From the NCBI GenBank assembly GCA_951406725.2, contig OX597815.1, forward strand, positions 39,742,001 through 39,806,000: a stretch of DNA of 64,000 nt, read 5' to 3'. Shown in pieces: positions 40,782-53,200 of this stretch. The DNA comes from Octopus vulgaris (lineage: Eukaryota). The notes below the pieces were generated by a model. It ran no database searches. It was not told the origin of the DNA and was given only the letters and a program-made list of their open reading frames with translations. The first letter of the stretch is position 1; each line of letters begins with the position of its first letter. The position numbers were made by a program, and so were the translations under genes.

Positions 40782-43700
40782 GTAAGTCTTAGTTTGATTT
40801 TTTGCAGCCCTAAAGATTCCGCTCATGCATTCACAGCAAAACAAGGCACAGGGCCAGACTTTAGATCATGTAGGTATTTTTACCCACTTCGATGTTTATA
40901 CATGGCCAGTTATACATCACAATGAGTAGAGCAACAGACTCCAGTAATTCGAAAATTAGTGTCGACCAAACCGAAAATATCGTCTACAAAGAAGTTTTGT
41001 AATCATATTGATATTATCGAAAGGAATATGATTCATAATTTAAATAAGGAAATTTGTGAACTTTGAATGTATAGGACTATTAACAAGCATAAAATAGTGT
41101 AAACAACTAAAATGAAAGTATATCTAAAATAGCATTTTTGTCTTAATACTTTTTATGTAGTGGTCGAAGGAAGCTCTGGCTTTTGTTAGGAGCGGTCCAA
41201 ATAACCATTTATGATACAGATGCTGGGATCCTATTTCAGTTCAGGAGTGAATCGTCATCACACATCACTTAGTCACAAACATGTCATATAGCTGCAACAG
41301 AATGCTGTATCACCAACAATAATGTGGTTTTGCTACTAGACATAATTGTGACATTATTTTTGTTTTGTTTAACTTATTAAGTAACTTAGGTTATTACTTA
41401 AACAGAAAAATAAAATCTAACTGATAAGAAATCATTTAGCTCTTTCTTCCATTGCCAAATTAAATAACTCTTGTTTTTCCTAACCAACAAAGAAGCTCTA
41501 CCCTCATCGTGTAAAGAGAAAGATAGATGATAGAAGTATTGCTCTTCCATCTAGGATAGTGCTACTGCTGTACACACAAACGTTATTGACTGCATCTAGA
41601 AATGGGCCTTCCAACTGATTTGCATAAAGTCAGTCATAGACATGCTCTCACCTCATACCCAGAATCACACTGTCTCCTCTCTCAGACTTTTCTGTAGTAT
41701 ATCCAATGGGGCAGTTGCTCCTCTAATGCATTCTTGTGCCACTCGCCTTTCTTCCTCTTATCACTCCTGTTTGTTTCCACCCCTACCCAAGCTGTGCATT
41801 AATTATGACATCCTGACATCCAGCTCTTTTAACCTGGAGCTTTTGTCCTCCGGAATTCCTTCTTTGCTCGTGTCTTTCTTGCAAGTGTTTATTTACAAAG
41901 GTTCAAGGGGAATATTAATAGCACTAATCTCACTGGCTTAGAAGAACCTGCAAAGTCATTGTGTACTGCCCCTTCAGACTGCAAGTAAAAAAAAACAATA
42001 CATTTGGATAATTAATCTAAAAATTCCAGATACTCTTCAAAAATTGCAAATCACTTTTGATAAAAGTTTTTAATCAGAATTAATATAGGACTAAAAAGCA
42101 ACTCTGTTCTAATAACCATGCCAGTATAAGGCTATACATTTTATACAGAATGGTAGATTTAGTTGAATTTATTATAGTGTATTCCAAAAATTTATTTTAT
42201 TAATCTCATAAGAATTAAAGTAAAAAACTTCTTCAGATTCCATCTACTTTCAGTACCTAAATGTGAGTTCTCTATTCTTAGCATTATTGTATTATTACTT
42301 GTCATTGTACTTTATAAAAAAAAAACAACAGCATTTCAGAAAACAACTTAGACTAACAACATTACTGTTTTGATTGTGTTAGTCTCTTTCAGCATGTTGT
42401 GCATGTATTATTTTGATTTTGTATTATTGGGTCAGGACTGAAATAGTCATTGCAGTGTACCTGATAAAATACATATATTTCTTCCTCTTGTCTGCAACTA
42501 ACCTCTTTTTGAATCGTAATGTGTGAATATTAGTGACAAAGTCTTAAGATTATCAGTCATTTTATCAATTTATTTTATCTTACAATTGAAATGTTGCAGA
42601 ATACCCAAGTAAAATATTGAAGAATGTAATGTGTATGCAATAATGAAAGCCATATATATGGAACAATGGCAACACTATCATACCACTTCACTTCCTGAAA
42701 ATTTGATATGACAAGCTTTGACCTATTGCTAGTGACCTGATAAAATACCACATACCCTTGCACCATTTAATGCTATCTCTTGTTTCATTTGTCTTTAGTT
42801 GAATTTATTCTCTTCAGTTGCAAATATTTGGAGCAAATGTCTAGGAGGGGATATAAGCATCTGGTATCTTCCAGTTCCTTAACAAACACAAGATTTGGAG
42901 AAGTTCACCTAAATTACATCCAGCTGGGTTATTTATAGGGATCAAAGTAGTAGTTAGTATCACAGTCTCCTTTTCCCCAACTTCAATCAGACTAAACCAA
43001 ACATCATGAAACAAAATACTACTTAATTCACTTTTCTTGAACATTCATAGACTCCAACCTAAATTAAATTCCACACATCATCTACTGAGACATGAAGCAC
43101 AGCTTTTATTCCTTTTATGTCACAAATCTCTCACTCCTGTTGTCTAAACTTCACTCTGGAATGTGATGTCTGTACCTGTGTAAACTCCATTCTTTCCTCT
43201 ATTCATCAGGATATCAATAACAAAGACTTCTTGTTACACTGGCTCAAATTATTCTTCCCACACTCTGCTATTGTTCATCTGCTGAATCTACCACTCCAAA
43301 CTCCTCCAAGCAATCACTGTTTGACCGTCTCTCATCCTGCATCAAGAATATCTACCTCACTTCAGCCAATTCTGAAATTGTCAGCAAAGTAGTCACTAGT
43401 GACCCTTGGGGGTATTTGTGGCTATCCAAGGGGTCAATAAACACTTGAAACAATTTTATGTAATAAGGATGTTGAATAATTAGCAAACTGAATTTGGAAG
43501 AGTGAGGTAATTTAAGGCTAAAACTCATTAATTTCCAGCCAAATATTGGTGCAATGATTGAAGTTTTGCTAATAAAAAGTAGTAATGACTCAGAAGTAAG
43601 AAGGAATTATTGTTTTTCAATCAAGAAATTTTTTTATTATCTATACTTTTTAATTTTATTTTAGAAATTTACATGATCGGCATCAATAAGTTATGATTCC

Positions 43701-44118
43701 ATGAAGAGGTCTGTTGTGAGAAGTTAGCTGATCTTTGCTTTAGATCTAAACCCAAGTAATCCTTAATCAACCATTGTCATGGCTACCATCCAATACTAAT
43801 TCTTGATTTTTTTTTAATTAACAGTCACTGATTTGCTTCTAACAGTCACCCACAAGTATGATGGTAAAGTGGAGGCAAAACGGTAGACTGAGCCATAAAT
43901 TTGAAGAGGAGTAGAATGGAGAAATCCTTCTCTTTAAGTTAATAGAGATCTTCTTGTATATGTAATATATTTTCCCAATCATCTTGCATTTTCCAGTTCA
44001 TTCCAGTCTCAACTTTGTAACAGTATACTTTTCAATAAAATGAATATAAGTTCACTCATTCACCATTTTATATAACTTAAGCTTGTCTACAACTTTTCTT
44101 CTTCAGCTTTGACCTACA

Positions 44119-44216
44119 ATGGAGCACCACGTAATAAAACATAAAAGAACAACATTTGAAAGAATAGAAAAATTTATTTCACCTATTTACTTCACTGATG
44201 TCAACCTATATGGAAG
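44119..44216 (+). CDS. MAN2C1: MAN2C1 coding exon 1 ([32 protein letters not shown])
   Basis: Strong-context ATG (acaATGg), upstream acceptor cttttcttcttcag ending 44106, donor AG|gtatga. Confidence 0.93.
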
Positions 44217-47200
44217 GTATGACTATTTTAAATTCTGTTTGAACTTAAACTCTACAGAATTATTTATTTCTTCTTTTGTTGTACTAAACTCCAACAGCAC
44301 CACACTGTATAAAGTGTAGTCTTAAGTCTTTGTGGTAAATTTTGACTATGTTATAAATGTAGAGTTGCTATGAGAGATATCAAAGATTATGAAGCCTAAC
44401 ATGATCTCAGTTCACGAAGTTGTTCAGGTCTAACATGTGTAGTTTATATTGTGTGTGGAGGACATTTGTCTACAGAAGGTTAACAAATAATGAAGAATAG
44501 TAACATCTGCATAGGAGAATGGATTGTTAGCATGGGCAAGAAATAGGTAATAAATTTACTAATAGAAGCATGTGGAAGACGTTCTGAACTTTGTAATACT
44601 GCCAAATTGATGGAGTGGGGATTGGAGATTACCTGAACAGCAAATGTTGCAATGCTGAAGTCTGTCAGAAAGTTTTCAATCCAGAAGTTGAGTGACATAT
44701 GAAGCCCAAGGGTGAAATATAAGACCAAATTTCTAGTGGACCTGAGTTTATGAAGCTATACTAGTGGATGACTGTTAGAGGCAAAGCAGTAGATGTTGAA
44801 GCTTTTTCAGCTGGAGTTGTGCTAACTGAGCCATCCATCTGAAGAAAAGTGGGATGAAGAAGTCCTTCTCTTTGAGATAACAGACCTTGTTAAGGGGCCA
44901 AGAAGCAGGAAAGCTGACTGTGATGTACAAAGAGCTTTGCAGTGATATGCAAAAACTTCACAGTTAATTGTGTTGGATGACTTCCTCCAAATGTTATAGG
45001 TCATGTGTTTTTCTATTACTACTGCAGCATAGCTAATAACAAATCATTTAAGGGATTTAGAGTTATGGATAAAATATGAGGAATGTAAAAAGACATTGTA
45101 AGAGGTTAATTTCCATGTCATTTATTTAACTGTTTCAAATGAGTTGAGATGACACATTTGCCATGAGAGATAGTATGCTTAAGAGTGCTGGAGTGTTGAT
45201 GAGTTTGGACACAAAACTAGTTTTTTTTTCATTTTTTTTTTTTCATTTAATGAGATCCCTAGATCAGGGAAAGTTTTATCTTTCATATACTTAAAGACAA
45301 TGAAATCTGAGTGAACCAGTGATCTGTGCTTCCTTAACTTTATATTTCACAATTGAAATATTTTGTAGGCTCTACCCTAAAACAGCATCTGTGGATGATC
45401 TAGCACACTTTGCAGCCCCTGGACGAATTCCTGTGGATGTTGCCATGGCTGCTGACTATAAACCAGTCAAAGTAGGTCAAAGCTTTGGACCAATGTGAGT
45501 TATGAAATTTTTATTTGAAAAATCTGTTACCTTCTTCTATTAGTTCACTTTATCACAGTGGTCAGTAATATCATTATCATTACCTCCACCACCACTGTGA
45601 TCCCTTACATTCACATTATCTTCACTCACAACAATTATAACTTCCTTTTTCTGTATATCAACAACTTACTCACTGATGTCTCTTGTATCAGTATCATTCT
45701 TCTACACTTTGCATACAGACCTCTTTTTTACATAATTTCAACACTTTCAAAACAAAGTAGGCATATATTTCCTGAACAGATAGATATCTCTACAACTTTT
45801 TTTTTTGTTTTTTGCTTTCTTTATGGCTCACTTTAAAAGAAGAAACTGTACTCATGAACTTTGATGCATGCCCTTCAAAAGTAATGAGATTAATGCAGTT
45901 GATGTTCACCTTGAATATCTGTAAATCAATGTCTTCAGGATAAACTAGAGGGTGTGGCAGTATTCCAGCAGACTGACATTCTGAAAAGGATACAATCCCT
46001 AACCATAATTACTTTTCAGAGTATTTTTTATTCCACTTCTCTTTGAAAGCACAGAGCATGAGGACAATTTCACTGAGAACAAACACCATTACCAAACTTA
46101 GCTTTAGTTTCTTCCTGTGGAAGAATGTAAGCTTTCCCACACACATACACGCATTCTCACTCACACTGATATAAGGTGGACTTTTATACAGTTCCCATCT
46201 ACTAATTTTATTCAAGACATAGGTCAAGGCTACAGAAGAAAGCAGAGGTGTTATGCAATGAGACCAAATACTAACAATGTGGTTAATAGCAACAGAAACA
46301 GTATTTATACCAAATTGCAATCTTCATCTCCAACTTAACATGGATTTTGCATTAAAACTCAGCATACTGTATTATTTACCTTTAGAGAGCCTCTTATATG
46401 GACTTGTGGTCCATAAAAACACCGTAATTTATACCATTGACAGATGATAAACCCACTGGCTATTTGTGACATCAGTGCATGAATAGACACTGAAATTCTA
46501 TATATCATTGACAGGAGATTCAGCTGCTATGTCGCCACCAGACATCTGGCAGTGAGGATCCCAAGCAGGGCAGAATCACATGGTGGTTGTAGCAGACAGT
46601 TCTCATCTATCAATGATATAAATATGAGTACCTTTATGCACCTTGAGTCCATATGTACTATTCTGTGTTCTGGCAAAGTGAGTTCCATATCCACTTAGCC
46701 ATGTAGATGTGTGTGTCTGTGTGTAAATGTCATTTTTGAGTGTTCTAATCAGCAGTGCTTGATGATTAAATAAAAGTGTCATAATTTCAGTTGCTTCGAT
46801 ATATAAAGACCATCATCATCATCATCGTTTAATGTCTGTATTCCGTGCTAGTACGGGTTGGACGGTTCGACCAGGGTCTGGGAAGCCAGGAGACTGCACC
46901 AGGCTCCAGTCTGATCTGGCAGTGTTTCTACAGCTGGATGCCCTTCCTAACGCCAACCACTCCGTGAGTGTAGTGGGTGCTTTTTATGTGCCAGGGGAGG
47001 CTGGCAGCAGCCACGATCGGTTGGTGCTTTTTACGTGCCACCAGCACAGAAGCCAGTCAAGGCAGCACTGGCAAGTCAAGGTGGCGCTGGCATGAATGAA
47101 AATACCAATGGAATGAAAATACCTTACTTGAGAAAAGGAAAAATTACAAAATTAAGATGGCTTTACAGAAGCGGGGTTTCTTTTACCAGAACCAGGAACA

Positions 47201-50200
47201 GTTGTTCATCTTATGCTAATCACTGATTCACCTTAAACTAAAGAATTACCAACCTACTCTCAAATCAGTAAAGGAGTCACCATACAGTAACTCAACCTGC
47301 TAGATATAGCAGGTAAATCTCCCTCAAATCACACACTGCTATCTTAAAAAGGAATAACACATACTTTAAACCTAAAATAGTTTTGTGATTATCAACATTT
47401 TTATTGCATAATATTCCCTCTAATTGTGTACACTTATCAAGAGCACTTATGTCTGGGTCTTATTTAAAGCTTTACCAAGCACTCCATTTTTATATATCAT
47501 TTTCTTCTTTAATTGCATTCAAGCACCCGATAACCATATGGGTAATTTTTTTGTATCCAGATTTTAGTATTTAGAAAATTGCTCAAACTTTTTTATTCAG
47601 TTGTTTTTATTGATGAGATATGACACATTAATCAGAGTACAACAGTTTGACAACTGTTGAACTATTAGTATTTTAAAGTAACGTCAGTATTTAACAACTC
47701 TCTCTCTCTCTTAATACCAGCTTACACCAACTTGACTCTTCCTCACATCCAAAAATCAATCTCTAATGTCATGCCACTCTCTCCACACCTTTTCAGCTGG
47801 TCCACTCATTGGTTTCGTCTAACTGTTGTCATTCCTGATTCTTATATTAATGAAGCAGTCTACTTGTTATGGAAATCAGAATCTGAAGCCATGGTCTGGC
47901 ACAATGGGCAGCCAATACAGGTAATTATTAACCTAACTTCTAATGTCATATATTGTTTTCAGTTGTATAGTTGAGAGGTTTGTAGGTTATAGTCTTCTAC
48001 ATTGAAAAATACAGGATGTATAGTTAAGAAGTTTGCTTCCTAACAACCTGATTTCAGCTTTAGTCACTATGTGACATCTTGAGTAAATGTCTTCTACTAT
48101 AACCCTGGGACAACTAAAGGTTTGTATGTGGATTCAGTTGATGGAAACTGAAAGAAGCTGTCATAGTCACACATGCACATATGTATGCCTGTGTGTGTAT
48201 GTATCTCCCTTCATTATCACACATTTGTTGGTTGTTATCAAAGGTCTCACTGTTCATACAAGCAGTGTTCTTTGTTTACAGTCCACTGCAGAAGCGTGTC
48301 TAGGCTTCTTGACATGTTATACAGTCTTTATAAACGAAACAAAAGGCTATATAAGTCTTTATAAACAAAACGAAAATAAAATGCATCATTTATTTTCAGC
48401 TTTCCATGTAAACATATCCTGGCTGTTTGTTGTTTGACAGACTGGGAGATTATTACCTCATTTGGAAATAGATCAGGGTTTGCTCTCTGTGTTAATGTAC
48501 TCTTGTCTGATCCATGTTAGCATGGAGAAGTAAACATTAAAACTTTGATCAGGATGATGATGAACTTTGTTCTTATAACGACATTAATCTAGCTCCATAG
48601 AGAAATTATAAATCATCTTAAGAAAATTTAACATGAAACTTATAACTTCAAATTTGTAAATATTATATACAGTTATAATGATGTTTAATCTGACAAATGT
48701 CTTATTTGGTAGGGTCTCAGTGGATTACACAACCGGATGGAGTATTTACTCACTGACAAGGCTACAAAAGACAACCTTGAGTAAGATTTATTCTTTCCAC
48801 TTTTCACAAATAGAAGACCAATTGAAAGTCAACATCTCCCAAAGCTTGAAAGAACTTACACTACTCTCTCTCTCTCTCTCTCTCATTTGTTGGTTATCTG
48901 AAGCAAAGGTGTGGTGGTCATAACCAGTTTCTTTTGCACTCATACATTAGAAGATAAGGATAATTGGATGAAGTCAATATACCTTATTTTCAGATCATTT
49001 TCCCCCGAGTCAGAATTTTCAGCATATAACAAGTATTTTATTTTATCAACTCTGAAGGATGCAAAGCAAAGTCAGCCCCAGAAAGATTTGAATTCAAAAT
49101 ACAAAGATATGAAAGTAAATACCATAACATATTTGGTTTTTTACTCTACTAATTTTGCTCTCCAATCTTGTAGCAGTAGTTGTAATTTAGGTACATGGCC
49201 AGTAATTTTTAATGGAAGGGGGCTAGTTAATTATATTGATCCCAGTGCTTGACTGGTATTTTATATTATCAACCCAGAAATGATAATGATAAAGTTAACC
49301 TTGGTGGAATTTGAACTCAGAATGTAAAAAGCCAGAAGAAACGTCATTAAGTGTTTTGTCTGATTCACTAGCAATTCTACCGGATCCCTGCCTTAATAAT
49401 AACAAACATTTCAAATTTTGGTACAAGGCCAATAATTTCAAGGAAGCAGGTAAGTTGATTTGGTCACAGTGTTTAACTGGCACTTATTTTAACAACTCTG
49501 AAAGGGTGAAAGGATGAAAAGCAAAGTTGACTTTGGCGGAATTTGAACTCAGAATGTAGCAACAGGCAAAATACTGTTAAGCGTCCACTGTGCTAATGAT
49601 TCTGCCAGCTCGCTGCCTTCAATAATAATAATGATAATAATAATAATAATAACCATGGTTTCTAATTTAAGCATGAGGCAAGCAATTTTAGGAGAAGGTA
49701 GTGTTTCAAGTTGACTGGTTGAGTTGTTGAATGAAAATGTATTTCTCAGGCTGCATGAAGAAGTAACTGACAACACCCATGAACAATTAATAGAAGATTT
49801 TATCATTGTACATAGAGTTTTAACTGTGTTAGTCTTTTTCAAATGACAACAGAAATAATTACATACTGGAAGAGCCATACTGCTTGAAGCTTGTGACAAG
49901 CTTGCTGATAATATAATCATAACTGGAAACAATTGTGCTATATTCATGGCAACAAAGATTTCTGATGACTATTGGCCATCTGTCTTAACTGCCTGACTGT
50001 GACAAGAATCAGAGACTCAATGTGGGGTTGGCTCAACATTCTGCAATTACCATCAAAAGGAGCCTTTTTATTGTATATAGCACAAGGAGAAGATTCTAGA
50101 AAACTGAATCACGTAATGGCTTGATGCTGATTGATTGCTTAATAGATCAATCATGTGAAACTATTGTCGTCTGATTGTGATGCATAACCATTTACCTAGT

Positions 50201-53200
50201 AGTTTGGTTTCAAATCACCATTACAGTAGCAAGTCTATTACATTGTCTCTACTACTTGATTGGTACCTTGTTTCATCAAGGTAGAAAGAATGGAAAAGTA
50301 AAATCAGCTTTGGCAGGATTTGATCTCAGAATGTAAAGAATCAAAAGAATTACCATTGAGCATTTTGTCTGACTCACTAATGAGACTGTTTTCTCAGCAT
50401 ATAAATAGTAATATATCACTGCCTCTAGTCATAAATGCTCACTATATATTTACCAAATCAACTTCCTTGTAATATCTTTCTTTAATCCTCAGATATGTCT
50501 TGTATATAGAGATGGCATGCAACACTCTTTTTGGTGTTGGAAATGGTCTGATTAGTCCCCCTGATGAAAATCGTAAATTTACTTTAAGTAAAGTGGAAAT
50601 TGCCACTCGTAACCAACTTGTATACCATCTTCTTCGGGATTTTGACATTCTCTATGGAATGGCAAAGGTAAGTTTTATGCTATTAAGCTTCTTCTGATCA
50701 GATCTTTGCAATATAGCTCCTTAGACTTTATATATATTTATCAAAGTGACCGGAAAACTATGTCTTAGGGATAAGAAGGCTGTATTTTCTTTGGACTATC
50801 AGAGGTTGCAGATAGTGGGTATGGATCTACTCAAGAGCAGCAAATCGTTCCAGACCTGGATTTTCCATGGCTGCCGAGAGTGCACCAGACACCACTCAAG
50901 GCACAGTGGATGAGCCAATTCCACGGACATGGTCCTTTATAAAGAACAAACAACTCTTCCCAGATCTACTGGCAATGTCTTCAAGCTCACTTACATTGCC
51001 GCTGCTTCTCCCAGCTGCTGGCTTCGATGACAGACACACAAGGAGCACGCCACATTCCCACCACCAGACGGGCACTCTCTGAGTTCAGATTCAGGAATGT
51101 TTGATCTGGTTTCAACTGGTCTGATCTAGTTTCTACCAATCTGTTCAAAATGTTTGATGAAGATGTTCAATCCAGTCTGAACCGGACCAGTCTGGTCGAA
51201 ATGTTTCATGAAGATACTTAGATCAGTGTCAATCAGTTTGATCTGGTTTCAACCTGTCTGGTCAGATATTTGATCCAGTTTGGACATGTTTGAACTGATT
51301 TTGACCAGTCTTGTCAAAATGTTTGAAGATGATTAATCTGGTTTGAACCAGTTTCAACCTGTCTGATCTGGTTTCAACCAGTCTGATCGAAATGTTAAAG
51401 ATGTTTGCACTGGGTTGTTCTGTTTGTGACTGGTCTGATCAGGTTTTGACCAGTCAAGTCGAACTATTTGATTTGGTAGTTTCAACCACTCTCGTTGAAA
51501 TTTTTGATGAACATGTTTGATGCAGTTTGAACCAGTTTCAACTGGACTAATCCCGTTTTGGTAAGTCTTGTCAAAATGCTTGACGATGTTTAATCCAGTT
51601 TGAACTAGTTTCAACCAGATGATGAAAATGTTTAATCCTGTTTAGACTGGTTTCATCTGGTTTGAACTGCTTTCAGCCAGTTTGATCCAATTTTGACTAG
51701 TCTGATCAAAATGTTTGATTTGTTTTTGACCAGTGTGAACCAGTTTGGACTGATTTGATGAAAATATTTGATCCAGTTTGCACCAGTTTTAGCTGGTTTG
51801 TACTGGTTTCAAAGTCTTGTTGAAATATTTAAAGATGTTTGATCCGATTTAATTGTTTTCACTGGTCTGATCCAGTTTCGATCAGTCTGGTCGAACTATT
51901 TGATGAAGATGTTTAATCGGGTTTTGACCAATAATGTTCGATGAAGATGCTTGATTCTATTTGAAGCAGGCCAAACTGGTTTGAACTGGTTTCGACCTGC
52001 CTGACCCAGTTTTGACCAGTCTAGTTTGAAGATGTTTGACCAGGTTTTGACTAGTTTGAACAGGTTTTGACTGGTTTGAACCAGTTTGGGCCAGTTCTGT
52101 CAAAATGCTTGATGAAGATGTTTGATCCAGATTGAACTGGTTTGAACCAGTGTGCAGTGGGTTGTACCAATTTCAACCAGTCTGGTCAAAATGTTTGATG
52201 AAGATGTTTGATCTAGTTTGGACTGATCTGATCCAGTTTGGACCAGTCTGATCCAGTTTTGACCAGGATGCGGACTGGTTTTGATCCTTATTGGACTGGT
52301 TAAAATTTTTGAAGATGTTTAATCTGGTTTGAATTGGTTTAAACTGGTTTTGCCTGGTTTGATCCAGTTTCAACCTCTATGTTTCAACCAGTTTGAAGTA
52401 CTGTTGACCGATTGTCACCAGTTTTGTGGACATGTTTGATGAAGATATTTGAACCAGTTTCAACCATTTGATGTGAGCAGTTCATACTGGTTTCAACCAG
52501 TCTGTTCAGGTTTTGACCAGTTTGATCCAGTTTTGACTGGTTTGAATTGGTTTGGTCCAAATATTTTATGAACTTGTTTGAACCAGTTTTGACCAACCTG
52601 ATCCAGTTTTGACCAGTCCAGTCAAAGTGTTTTATCTGGTTTGGATCAGTTTGAACCATTTTGGACTGGTTTGATGAAAATGTTTGAATAATGGAAATAG
52701 TCTGATCTTGGACTAGTTTAAACTTATTTGAACTGGATGAGACTGGTTTGAACCAGATCAGATCAGTTTGAACTAGTTTATTGATTTGAACTGGTTTGAG
52801 CTACCTTGAACCAATTTGGACTGATCTATCTTGAACCAATTTGGTCTGATCTACTTTGGACCGGTTTGGACTGAACTGATCCAGTTTGGACCAGTTTCAA
52901 CTGGTTTTGAACAGTCTGGACAGTTTGATTGGTTTGGACTAGTCTGATCCAGTTTGGACTGGTCTTATCTGGTTTAGACTAGTTAGAACCAGTCTGATAC
53001 AGTTTGGACTGGTAAATATTAAGGTTTGATGAAGATATGATATTTGATGAAAATGTTTCCAAGTATTTATACAGGTACAGGCATGTCTGTGTGGTAAGAA
53101 GTTTACTTCCCAACTACATGGTTCTAGGTTCAGTCCCACCGTGTGGAACCTTGGGCAAGCATCTTCTACTATAGCCTCAGACCAACCAAAGCCTTGTGAG

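Noticed and set aside
50790-51090. GC-richer intronic segment with a 71-aa ORF
   Set aside because: No recognisable motif or splice fit; probably an unclassified TE relic
51095-53060. Repetitive protein ORFs (KLDQTG...) on the minus strand
   Set aside because: The ~10-bp period is not a multiple of 3, stops are frequent, and the region is intronic
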